Shown: piece by piece, positions 30,924 through 38,727 of the stretch | Layout: each line of letters starts with the position of its first letter | Position numbering within the stretch: the first letter of the stretch is position 1 | Source: Comamonas sp. lk | Lineage (GTDB): Bacteria > Pseudomonadota > Gammaproteobacteria > Burkholderiales > Burkholderiaceae_C | Length of the DNA: 64,000 nt | NCBI GenBank assembly: GCA_945925985.1 | Contig: CAMELV010000009.1 | Location: 2,569-66,568, forward strand | Direction of reading: 5' to 3' | The notes under the pieces: generated by a model | What the model was told of the DNA's origin: nothing | Seen by the model: only the letters and a program-made list of their open reading frames with translations | Databases searched by the model: none | Made by a program: the position numbers and the translations under genes

Positions 30924-32051
30924 TCAGCTGGCCAAGTCGAGGCGCAAGGCATAACGGGTGCCCCGGCCCACGCCACCTTGGCTCAGGATGCCCATCTCGC
31001 ACAGCCTGTTGAGTTCGCGATAGGCAGTGGCCCGCGACACGCGGCACAGGTGGCTGTACTTCGCGGTGCTCATACCGCCGTCAAAGCCTCCGGGACCGGC
31101 GTCGTAGAGCTTGTCCACCGCTTTGGCTTGTGTTGCGGTGAGTTCGGGTGCGCGCTCGCGCAGGGCCGTCCAAAACCGGGTTTTTTGCACGGCCACTTGC
31201 ATGTGCTGCCAGGTGCTGTCCACGGCAGCTTGAACACGATTGACAAACCAAGTTACCCACGGCGTTACATCAAGATCGCCTTGCCCAGTGACCGCCTGCA
31301 ATTGGGCGTAGTAGCCTGTTCGGTCTTGCCACAGCTGTTTGGAAATACTCCATAGCCTTTGCTGCGTTTGCAGGTCCTGGGCTAGGGCCAGTTCGGCCAA
31401 GGCGCGGCCCACGCGGCCGTTGCCGTCTTCAAACGGGTGGATGGCTTCCAGCCACACATGGGCCAGGGCCGCGCGCACCAAGCCATCGGTCACGCCAAGC
31501 GACGCGTTGAACCAGGCCAGCAGCTGCGTCATCTCGGCCATCACGTGGGCTGAGTCGGGCGCCTGATAATGCACGATGTCGGGCTTGCCCAATCGTGGCG
31601 TCACGATTTGCATGGGCTCAGCGTGGCGTCGGTAGGCACCGGTCACGATGGCTTGCAAGCCACTGTAGCCGCTTGGAAACAAGGCCGCCTGCCAGGCCCA
31701 GAGGGTCTCGTGCGTCAACGCCTGAGGGCCGTGCAGCAGCGCCGCCTGCAAGACATCGAGTGTGGCTTCCGTTCTAGCGTCACGCTGCTCCGGCCCGGCG
31801 TCCAGGCCCAACCGTCTGGCGGCGGAGGCTCGCACCGAAAGAACCTGAAGTGTTTCGCCCTCAATTTGGGCAGTTGCCACCGCCTCCTCCGCCCAACCCT
31901 GAAGCTGCAACTCGCCCAGCGCCACCAGGTGCAGGTGGTTTGCCAGGCCTATCGCACGGCCTTGGGAAAAACGCGCTGCGGACAAGGCCGGCGCCAGCAC
32001 AGCCAGGTCGACTTGGAATGCGGGCCATTGCAGAGATTGCCAAATGTACAT
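30924..32051 (-). CDS. Fic family protein (AMPylation-type fold) with C-terminal wHTH
   Basis: The active-site motif is HPFEDGNGRVGRAL. An N-terminal TAQIEG matches the (S/T)xxxE(G/N) auto-inhibitory helix motif. Confidence 0.85.
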   Translation of the reverse strand: MYIWQSLQWPAFQVDLAVLAPALSAARFSQGRAIGLANHLHLVALGELQLQGWAEEAVATAQIEGETLQVLSVRASAARRLGLDAGPEQRDARTEATLDVLQAALLHGPQALTHETLWAWQAALFPSGYSGLQAIVTGAYRRHAEPMQIVTPRLGKPDIVHYQAPDSAHVMAEMTQLLAWFNASLGVTDGLVRAALAHVWLEAIHPFEDGNGRVGRALAELALAQDLQTQQRLWSISKQLWQDRTGYYAQLQAVTGQGDLDVTPWVTWFVNRVQAAVDSTWQHMQVAVQKTRFWTALRERAPELTATQAKAVDKLYDAGPGGFDGGMSTAKYSHLCRVSRATAYRELNRLCEMGILSQGGVGRGTRYALRLDLAS

Positions 32052-32053
32052 AT

Positions 32054-32086
32054 GAAGCGCAGTTTAGCCTTTTGCGCTTCTTTTTT
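32054..32086 (+). terminator. Plus-strand terminator-like hairpin followed by a second hairpin (32088-32112)
   Basis: GAAGCGCA, a 11-nt loop, TGCGCTTC, then TTTTTT. The second hairpin is AAGCGTAA..TTACGCTT. Confidence 0.5.
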
Positions 32087-32134
32087 GAAGCGTAATTGGA
32101 GAATTTACGCTTAATCACGGCTTGGCCATTGACC

Positions 32135-32854
32135 TCAGCTCACGCCGTAGCGGTCCCGGTAAGCCTGCACCGCCGCCAAGTGGCTGTGCGGCGCGTTACC
32201 CGCCGAGGCGGCCAGGTAGGCCAGCAGATCGGACAGCTCGGCAATGGCGCACACCTGCAGGCCGAGTTGCTGGCGCACGTACTGCACCGCGCTGTAGGGC
32301 ACGTCCAGGGTGCTGCCGTCGGGCTGCTTTTCGGTGGCCATTTCCTGCCGGTCCAGCGCAATCACCACCGCGTGTGGCGTGGCGCCGGCCGCCTGGATCA
32401 GCGCAATCGACTCGCGCACCGCAGTACCGGCGCTCATCACATCGTCCACGATCAGCACCCGGCCCTGCAGCGGGGCACCCACCAGCGAGCCGCCTTCGCC
32501 ATGGTCTTTGGCCTCTTTGCGGTTGTAGGCAAAGGGCACGTTATGGCCTAGCCGCGCCAGCTCCACCGCCAGTGCCACCCCCAGCGGAATGCCCTTGTAG
32601 GCCGGGCCAAAAATCATGTCAAATTGCAGCCCGCTGGCCAGCAGACGCTGGGCATAAAATGCGGCAAGCCGACCCATTTTGGCGCCGTCGTCAAACAGGC
32701 CGGCGTTGAAGAAGTAGGGGCTCAGCCGCCCGGCCTTGGTCTTGAACTCGCCAAAACGCAGCACGCCGCAATCCAGCGCAAACTGCACAAAATCCCGCGC
32801 CAGCGCATCTTGTGACCCCACAGGGTTTGAACTGGCCTCAACACGCTCTGACAT
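32135..32854 (-). CDS. pyrE: Orotate phosphoribosyltransferase
   Basis: Motifs FGEFKTKAGRLSPYFFNAG and VLIVDDVMSAGTA (PRPP-binding) are present. Confidence 0.9.
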   Translation of the reverse strand: MSERVEASSNPVGSQDALARDFVQFALDCGVLRFGEFKTKAGRLSPYFFNAGLFDDGAKMGRLAAFYAQRLLASGLQFDMIFGPAYKGIPLGVALAVELARLGHNVPFAYNRKEAKDHGEGGSLVGAPLQGRVLIVDDVMSAGTAVRESIALIQAAGATPHAVVIALDRQEMATEKQPDGSTLDVPYSAVQYVRQQLGLQVCAIAELSDLLAYLAASAGNAPHSHLAAVQAYRDRYGVS

Positions 32855-32865
32855 GGGGAATTTCC

Positions 32866-33657
32866 TTGTTTAAACTGACCAGTCTCAACCTCAACGGCAT
32901 CCGCTCCGCCAGCACCAAAGGGCTCGAAGCCTGGCTGGCCAAAACCGCGCCCGATTGTATGGGCGTGCAAGAGGTGAAGGCCCAGGCCGAAGACGTGCAG
33001 GGCCGCTTTGAGCAGCTGGCCGGCATGCAGGGCTACTTTCATTTCGCCGAGAAAAAAGGTTACTCGGGCGTGGGCCTGTACACCCGGCTGGAACCCAGCG
33101 ACGTGCGCACTGGTTACGGCTCGGGCGAGTTTGACGCCGAAGGCCGCTACGTGGAACTGCGCTTTGACACGCCCAAGGCCAAGCACAGCATCATCAGCGC
33201 CTATTTCCCCAGTGGCTCATCGGGCGAAGAGCGTCAGCAGGCCAAGTTTCGCTTTCTGGATGAGTTTTACCCGCACCTGGTCAAGCTGAAAGCCGAGCGC
33301 GACTTTATTCTGGTGGGTGATGTGAACATTGCGCACCAAGAAATCGACCTGAAGAACTGGAAAGGCAACCGCAAAAACTCCGGCTTTCTGCCCGAGGAGC
33401 GGGCCTGGATGAGCCGCTTGCTGGGCGAGGCTGGCCTGGTGGATGTGTACCGCCAACTCCACCCCACCGCCACCGAAGAGGCTTACACCTGGTGGAGCAA
33501 CCGTGGCCAGGCCTACGCCAAGAACGTGGGCTGGCGGCTTGATTACCACCTGGCCACGCCGGCACTGGCCGCTGGTGCTAGCAACGTGGAGATCTACAAG
33601 GGCGAGAAGTTCTCGGACCATGCGCCGGTGACGGTGGCGTACGACTGGGTGACGTGA
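32866..33657 (+). CDS. xth: Exodeoxyribonuclease III
   Basis: (M)FKLTSLNLNGIRSA...QEVK...SDHAPV is the ExoIII/AP-endonuclease pattern. The TTG at 32866, after GGGGAA, was chosen as the start. Confidence 0.85.
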   Translation: MFKLTSLNLNGIRSASTKGLEAWLAKTAPDCMGVQEVKAQAEDVQGRFEQLAGMQGYFHFAEKKGYSGVGLYTRLEPSDVRTGYGSGEFDAEGRYVELRFDTPKAKHSIISAYFPSGSSGEERQQAKFRFLDEFYPHLVKLKAERDFILVGDVNIAHQEIDLKNWKGNRKNSGFLPEERAWMSRLLGEAGLVDVYRQLHPTATEEAYTWWSNRGQAYAKNVGWRLDYHLATPALAAGASNVEIYKGEKFSDHAPVTVAYDWVT

Positions 33658-33694
33658 CCTGACCTGACCTGCACCTAGCGAAAGTCCCTCGCCT

Positions 33695-34147
33695 ATGAAG
33701 TCCGCTGTCATACGCCAAGCAGTTCTCGCAGACCTCGACGACGTCGCGTTTGTGTTTGATCAGTACCGGCAGTTCCAAGGCAAAGCATCGGACCTCAAGG
33801 CCTGCCGTGCGTTTCTGCGCGAGCGCTTCGATCATGGCGAGTCGGTCGTCTTCTTGGCATTCCTTGATGAACAAGCCGTGGGCATGGCGCAGCTCTATCC
33901 GAGTTACTCGTCCACAGCGCTTGCACGGGTGTTCATCCTCAATGATCTTTTCGTGTCGGTAGCTGGGCGTCGGGCCGGTGTGGCCACGGCTTTGCTGCAG
34001 GAGGTAGAGCAGTACGCCTGGAGCTTTGGCGCCTGCCGAGTCAGCCTGAACGTGGCTCAATCCAATGTGCCAGCCCAAGACTTGTACCACGCGAGAGGCT
34101 GGACAAAAGACGATGAGTTTTTCATGTTCCACAGGTTTCCGCCCTAG
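33695..34147 (+). CDS. GNAT family N-acetyltransferase
   Basis: GNAT core motif A-like segment LFVSVAGRRAGVATALL. Length is 150 aa. Confidence 0.75.
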   Translation: MKSAVIRQAVLADLDDVAFVFDQYRQFQGKASDLKACRAFLRERFDHGESVVFLAFLDEQAVGMAQLYPSYSSTALARVFILNDLFVSVAGRRAGVATALLQEVEQYAWSFGACRVSLNVAQSNVPAQDLYHARGWTKDDEFFMFHRFPP

Positions 34148-34166
34148 GCTTGATGCTGGCACAGGC

Positions 34167-34379
34167 ATGAACTCACGATCAAACATGCGCCTGGTGGCGC
34201 AAGCCAAGGCTTACACCAACAACCTGTCGGCAACGGCGGAGTCGCTGCTGACCGAGTTTGCAGCCAATCAGCAGAGCGCACAACGCAATCACCAACACGT
34301 GGCCGATGCGTGTGCTGCCGATTGGAATGCGGTGCATGCTGCGGTCGGTTCGTTCGCAGACGAACACTCCCCCTTGTAA
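34167..34379 (+). CDS. Hypothetical small protein (tentative)
   Basis: GC3-rich 70-codon ORF in an otherwise unassigned 450-bp gap. Its stop overlaps the ATG of a further 55-codon ORF (34379..34546). No family was recognised. Confidence 0.2.
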   Translation: MNSRSNMRLVAQAKAYTNNLSATAESLLTEFAANQQSAQRNHQHVADACAADWNAVHAAVGSFADEHSPL

Positions 34380-34597
34380 TGACGCACTTTGACCGCTACC
34401 GCAAACCCGTGGTGGTTCTGCTGGACATGGTGTCGGTTGCTCTCGACCAACTGGGTGAGGTGGTCGGGTCTTTGGCTCATAAGGGGGCAAACCATTGCCG
34501 ATGCACTGGACGAACTGTTGTCCCGGTCATGGGGTTGATGGAATAGTGTTTTTTATCGCACCAAAGGGCACTTGGCCATGCTGGCGCGGGCCGCCGC

Positions 34598-35083
34598 TTA
34601 GGAGTCACTAGGCCGCGCCATGACCGGCCTGTCGTGTATGGTGGCCTGCTCGGGTTGACCATCGACCCGGGCCCGTGCGCCTGCAAAGCAGTCAATGCCC
34701 GCCGGTAGAACCACCCCGGTCTGGGCCGACGCCGTCCAGATGTGGCTGGTGATTTCAACGGCATTGGGGTCGTCGTAGCAGCCGCGCGAGATGGCGCGAA
34801 CCTCCGGCCAGCGCTCGAAGGTCAGCCCGACGGTGGTGCCGCAGCTTGGGCAAAAGTGGACAAAGACTTTTTTCTGGCTGCCGTCCGACACATGCTCGTA
34901 CCGACTCAGCTCACCGTCATTGAACTGGACGGCATCCGCCGGGAAGATCGATTCCGCAAAGAAGGACGTGCCCGTTACGCGTTGGCAGAACTTGCAGTGG
35001 CAGGCAAAGGTACGCACGGGCGGCTGGTTGGCACGGAATCGAACCTTGCCGCATAGGCAGCCACCTTCAAGGATGACGGACAT
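34598..35083 (-). CDS. GFA family protein (CENP-V/glutathione-dependent formaldehyde-activating fold)
   Basis: The zinc-Cys pattern is GGCLCGKVRF...CHCKFCQRVTG...FCPSCG. The ATG at 35083 was chosen as the start. Confidence 0.75.
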   Translation of the reverse strand: MSVILEGGCLCGKVRFRANQPPVRTFACHCKFCQRVTGTSFFAESIFPADAVQFNDGELSRYEHVSDGSQKKVFVHFCPSCGTTVGLTFERWPEVRAISRGCYDDPNAVEITSHIWTASAQTGVVLPAGIDCFAGARARVDGQPEQATIHDRPVMARPSDS

Positions 35084-35087
35084 GATG

Positions 35088-35495
35088 TCAGGGATGCGCT
35101 TCAACGTGCTTGGCAAAACTATTGAGGATGGCTTGCCACCCCTCACGCTGTTGCTCCACGGGGTTTTCGGTTTCAGCATCAAACGTGACGCGCACCGTGA
35201 CGCCGTTGGCGCCGGCCATGAACTCGACCGCACAAACCCGGTCGCCAAACGAATACGCAATCAACTCGTTGGGCACGATCTTGGTGTACGTCCCGGCGAA
35301 GTCAAAGCCGAAGCTGCCGTCTTTGGCTTCCATGCGTGATGAGAATGCCCCGCCCACGCGCAGATCGACCGTCGCTGTCGTGGTGTGCCAATCATCAGAC
35401 GCCGCATTCCACTGCGTGATGTCAGAGGGCGTTGTGTAGGCGCGCCAGACTTTGCCGACTGGCGCCTTGATGAGGGTTTCCACAGTGATTTTCAT
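35088..35495 (-). CDS. SRPBCC / AHSA1-domain protein
   Basis: MKITVETLIKAPVGKVWRAYTTP...W is the typical AHSA1/START-like N-terminus. Confidence 0.75.
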   Translation of the reverse strand: MKITVETLIKAPVGKVWRAYTTPSDITQWNAASDDWHTTTATVDLRVGGAFSSRMEAKDGSFGFDFAGTYTKIVPNELIAYSFGDRVCAVEFMAGANGVTVRVTFDAETENPVEQQREGWQAILNSFAKHVEAHP

Positions 35496-35573
35496 GAGGG
35501 TGACTCCAGATGTCGTGGTGGTTCAAGCTGGTTATATTGGCCCTTATCGCAGCAAACCTGCCGCCCCGGCCAG

Positions 35574-35993
35574 TCAGCTCAGGCTCGCCACCAGGGTCAG
35601 GCGGCGGCGCAGCGGCAGCCAGGCCTGCAGCTGGTAGTACGGGTAGCGGCGCTCATCCACCAGCAGGCACGCCCCCAGCAACACGCTCAGGCCGAGCAGG
35701 CCCCCAGCCGGCGGCAGCAGCAGCGCCAGCCAGGCCAGCAGGCTGGGCGTCACGCCCCACAGGTAGGGCCCGGCGCCAGCGCCAGACTGGTCGCGCATGG
35801 CCAGGCCCCAGTGGATGGCGCCAAGAAAGCTGGCTATGGTGGCGCCATAGCTGGCCAGCGCATGGCTGCTGAAGGCCTGCTGGCCCAGGCCGGGCCACCA
35901 GAGCGTCAGTGCCAGCACCGCAAACGGGATCAGCCCGCCGGCACCGAGCCAGCTGGCCCAGGCTGGGGGCGCGGTCGCCACCGGTGCCGTCAT
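35574..35993 (-). CDS. DUF3429 family membrane protein
   Basis: Four predicted TM helices. The motif GAIHWGLAM is typical of DUF3429. Confidence 0.6.
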   Translation of the reverse strand: MTAPVATAPPAWASWLGAGGLIPFAVLALTLWWPGLGQQAFSSHALASYGATIASFLGAIHWGLAMRDQSGAGAGPYLWGVTPSLLAWLALLLPPAGGLLGLSVLLGACLLVDERRYPYYQLQAWLPLRRRLTLVASLS

Positions 35994-36163
35994 GCCGGGT
36001 CAGACGGCTCGGCGCCAGGCGCCTGGACCAGTGTGGGCGCTGATTCGCCCATGGCGGAGGGAGCGCACATGACGCTGCCGTTCCACTTTTGGCCGCACCA
36101 GCAGTAGCCGTCGGCATTGATCAAACAGGTACCGGTACCGCAGCAGCGCTCGTCGTCGTCCAT
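35990..36163 (-). CDS. Cys-rich 57-aa protein (not in the ORF track)
   Basis: Hand translation gives MDDDERCCGTGTCLINADGYCWCGQKWNGSVMCAPSAMGESAPTLVQAPGAEPSDPA. Third-position GC is high. Its TGA overlaps the DUF3429 ATG (ATGA). Confidence 0.4.
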   Translation of the reverse strand: MDDDERCCGTGTCLINADGYCWCGQKWNGSVMCAPSAMGESAPTLVQAPGAEPSDPA

Positions 36164-36256
36164 GGTGGGGTCTTTCGCAGTTAGAAGGTGGCCCTATTGT
36201 CTTCAAACCTGGGCGCTGTTGCCATGGCCGGGGCAATGTCAAAATGGGCTATGGCC

Positions 36257-36478
36257 ATGAACCCTGTCAATCCCAAAAAATTGCACTTGAGCAAATGGAC
36301 GGCGGTGGTGCCGATTGGCCGCAACAAACACTTTCTGGTGGCCAAGGTGATCCTGCCCGAGCCGCCGGCGCTGGCTGTGGAATGCGTGGACCTGGAGGCG
36401 GTGCATTCCAAAACCATCACCCGCATGGCCTGGCGCGAATTGCGCGACACCAGCCGCTGGCGCCAGGGCTGGGTCTGA
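36257..36478 (+). CDS. TIGR02450-type tryptophan-rich small protein
   Basis: MNPVNPKKLHLSKWTAV...KHFLV...LEAVHSK...WRELRD..RWRQGW matches the family pattern as I remember it. Confidence 0.65.
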   Translation: MNPVNPKKLHLSKWTAVVPIGRNKHFLVAKVILPEPPALAVECVDLEAVHSKTITRMAWRELRDTSRWRQGWV

Positions 36479-36545
36479 TTTTGCTATCATTTATATAGCT
36501 ATAACCCTAGTATCCACGTGGCCTAGAGGCCTAAATTATCCTAAA
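36452..36545 (+). repeat. Direct repeat copy 1 (includes the last 9 codons and stop of the Trp-rich gene)
   Basis: Matches 37488-37580 with 9 substitutions and 1 single-base indel by hand alignment. Confidence 0.8.
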
Positions 36546-36608
36546 CTTCCGCACCGTGCTGATCACCGGTCGGGCAGGTTGGGGAGACCAGCTCTCCGTC
36601 ATTCCCGG

Positions 36609-37088
36609 CTAGGACCGGGAAGCCACCCCAAGCGCCTTTCCCTGGAACTGCGCCATGATCCTCAACAATTGGCGTGCGGCTTGAATAGCGGCTTGCAGAC
36701 GTTCAAAGCGTTCGGTTGGGTTGTCAGGGTAGTCATGGGCGAATTGGTTGCGCACCTGGCGCAACACGAGCCAGGTGTCGGCACTGTCTAGCCAGCCGAG
36801 TTGTTCCAGGCGGGCGAATCGATCAATAGCAGACATGGGTGCAATGTCCTCGCCCAATGCTTTGAGCACTGCTGGCATCAGGCGCGCGCCCATATCGTCC
36901 TGCAGCCTCGTGTAGCGGTAGGCGAATTGGTCAAGAAGCCGACGGTCTTCCTTGTTCAGGTGCGTGTAGTCGTCAGTGCCAAGCGCACGCAATTGCATAT
37001 CTTGCAGTGCCTCTGACAGCGCGTTGGCATGGCCTTGGCATACCGTCTGGATGTGCTGCAGCGCTAGTTGTTCAGGGCTGGTTTTCAT
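36609..37088 (-). CDS. HEPN-domain toxin-like protein (HepT/DUF86-like)
   Basis: The Rx4-6H motif RNQFAHDY lies near the C-terminus. The gene overlaps the upstream nucleotidyltransferase gene by 4 nt. Confidence 0.65.
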   Translation of the reverse strand: MKTSPEQLALQHIQTVCQGHANALSEALQDMQLRALGTDDYTHLNKEDRRLLDQFAYRYTRLQDDMGARLMPAVLKALGEDIAPMSAIDRFARLEQLGWLDSADTWLVLRQVRNQFAHDYPDNPTERFERLQAAIQAARQLLRIMAQFQGKALGVASRS

Positions 37089-37387
37089 TGAATCTGGATG
37101 CCGGTGGCGTGGGCGACCGCAACGATCGGCCTGGGGTCATTGGCTTGCTCGATGACCACGTCGATTTTGCGCTCCCCAAGCAGGCGCTCCAGCAGGATCA
37201 GCATGCGGATTTTCTTGGCAAAGGGCTCGTCGTCCGTCATTGGCGCCGGGCGCACCAAAACGTCAATATCCCCGCCTTTTTTTGCATCATCCACACGCGA
37301 CCCAAACAGCCATACGGCTGCTTTGTCTCCGAAGGTGCTGCTGGCAGCGTCACGGATGGCCTGAATTTGATCGGTGGTGAGACGCAT
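37085..37387 (-). CDS. Minimal nucleotidyltransferase (MNT/MntA-like antitoxin)
   Basis: The motif is LFGSRVDDAKKGGDIDVLV (GS...DxD). The ATG at 37387 was chosen as the start. Confidence 0.75.
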   Translation of the reverse strand: MRLTTDQIQAIRDAASSTFGDKAAVWLFGSRVDDAKKGGDIDVLVRPAPMTDDEPFAKKIRMLILLERLLGERKIDVVIEQANDPRPIVAVAHATGIQIQ

Positions 37388-37487
37388 GGGATGGTGTGGT
37401 TCGATCAATTTGCAATATAGCATTCGCTATGGCGTCGGGCCAATCAAAATCCAATCCTGCCTTACAAAACCAAGGTTGCCTTGCCAG

Positions 37488-37580
37488 AGCCGCTGGCGCC
37501 AGGGCTGGGTTTGATATTGCTATTATTTATATAGCTATAAACCTAATAACCACTTGGCCTAGAGGCCTAAAACATCCAAA
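37488..37580 (+). repeat. Direct repeat copy 2 (carries a remnant SRWRQGWV-stop coding tail)
   Basis: See copy 1. It lies immediately upstream of the SDR gene start. Confidence 0.8.
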
Positions 37581-37594
37581 GAAATTTCAAATCT

Positions 37595-38326
37595 ATGACG
37601 ACTTTCGCCCACTACCCCAGCCTGACCGACCGCACTGTTTTGATCACCGGTGGCGCCACCGGCATCGGCGCCTGCCTGGTTGAGCAGTTTGCCGCGCAGG
37701 GTGCACGGGTGGGTTTTTTGGATATTGACGCCGACGCTGGCGCCGCGCTGGCCCAACACCCGGCCGACCTGACGGATATCTCGGCCCTGACGCGCGGCAT
37801 CGACGCGGTGCGCCAGCACTTTGGCCCGATTGGCGTGCTGCTCAACAACGCCGCCAATGACCAGCGCCACAAGGTGGAGGACACCACGCCCGAGAGTTGG
37901 GACGCTGGCATCGCGGTCAATCTCAAGCACCAGTTTTTTGCCGCCAAAGACGTGGCCGCTGACATGCGCCAGGCCGGCGGCGGGTCCATTGTCAACTTTG
38001 GTTCGGTCAGCTGGATGCTTAAGATGGGGGGCATGCCGGTGTACACCACGGCCAAGGCGGCGGTGCAGGGCCTCACGCGCAGTTTGGCGCGAGATTTTGG
38101 GCCCTTCAACATCCGGGTCAACACCCTGGTGCCGGGCTGGGTCATGACCGACAAACAACTGCGCCTGTGGGTGACCGACGCCGGTCGCGCCGACATCGCA
38201 CGCGGGCAGTGCCTGCAGCAGCTGGTGATGCCCGAGCACATTGCCCGAATGGCGCTGTTTCTGGCGTCTGACGACAGCGCTATGTGCACGGCGCAAGACT
38301 TCGTGGTGGACGGCGGCTGGGTCTGA
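37595..38326 (+). CDS. SDR family oxidoreductase
   Basis: Cofactor motif TGGATGIG. NNAA and the YxxxK region (YTTAKAAV) are present. Confidence 0.85.
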   Translation: MTTFAHYPSLTDRTVLITGGATGIGACLVEQFAAQGARVGFLDIDADAGAALAQHPADLTDISALTRGIDAVRQHFGPIGVLLNNAANDQRHKVEDTTPESWDAGIAVNLKHQFFAAKDVAADMRQAGGGSIVNFGSVSWMLKMGGMPVYTTAKAAVQGLTRSLARDFGPFNIRVNTLVPGWVMTDKQLRLWVTDAGRADIARGQCLQQLVMPEHIARMALFLASDDSAMCTAQDFVVDGGWV

Positions 38327-38359
38327 CCCGGGTTTTGGCGGGTGAACAAGGACAACACG

Positions 38360-38618
38360 ATGAAGACCGCGATTCGACTGGCCAAACTCGATGACTTTAC
38401 GGCCTGGCTGCCGCTGTGGCAGGGTTACCAAGCCTTTTACAAAACCGCCATTCCCCCCAGCGTGACCGAACTGACCTGGGCGCGCTTTCACCAGCCCGGC
38501 GACATGCATTGCGCGATGGCTGACGCACGAGTCCAATACCGACGCCATGCACCTGTATGACAAGGTGGCCGACAAAAGCGGCTTTGTGCAATACCGCAAG
38601 CTCTTGCCCCAAACCTGA
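38360..38618 (+). pseudogene. GNAT acetyltransferase with internal deletion and frame change
   Basis: The N-terminal ~50 aa (MKTAIRLAKLDDFTAWLPLWQGYQAFY...) and the C-terminal tail in another frame (RWLTHESNTDAMHLYDKVADKSGFVQY) resemble the ends of the intact GNAT at 33695. The central ~70-80 aa are absent, with the junction near 38510. Confidence 0.55.
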
Positions 38619-38727
38619 GGATGGCTCGGCTCTCAATGTATTTGATGGCTGGGCGCTCCCAACCGTTCTCGTTTTAAATGGTTGCGCGTGGTGCTCGCGG
38701 CTTGAGGGGGACGACTTTCGTTAACAA

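Noticed and set aside
36452-37580. Whether the repeats flanking the MNT-HEPN cassette are integron attC sites.
   Set aside because: I could not find the RYYYAAC/GTTRRRY core sites or the imperfect internal dyad expected of attC. No IntI-type integrase is in the window.
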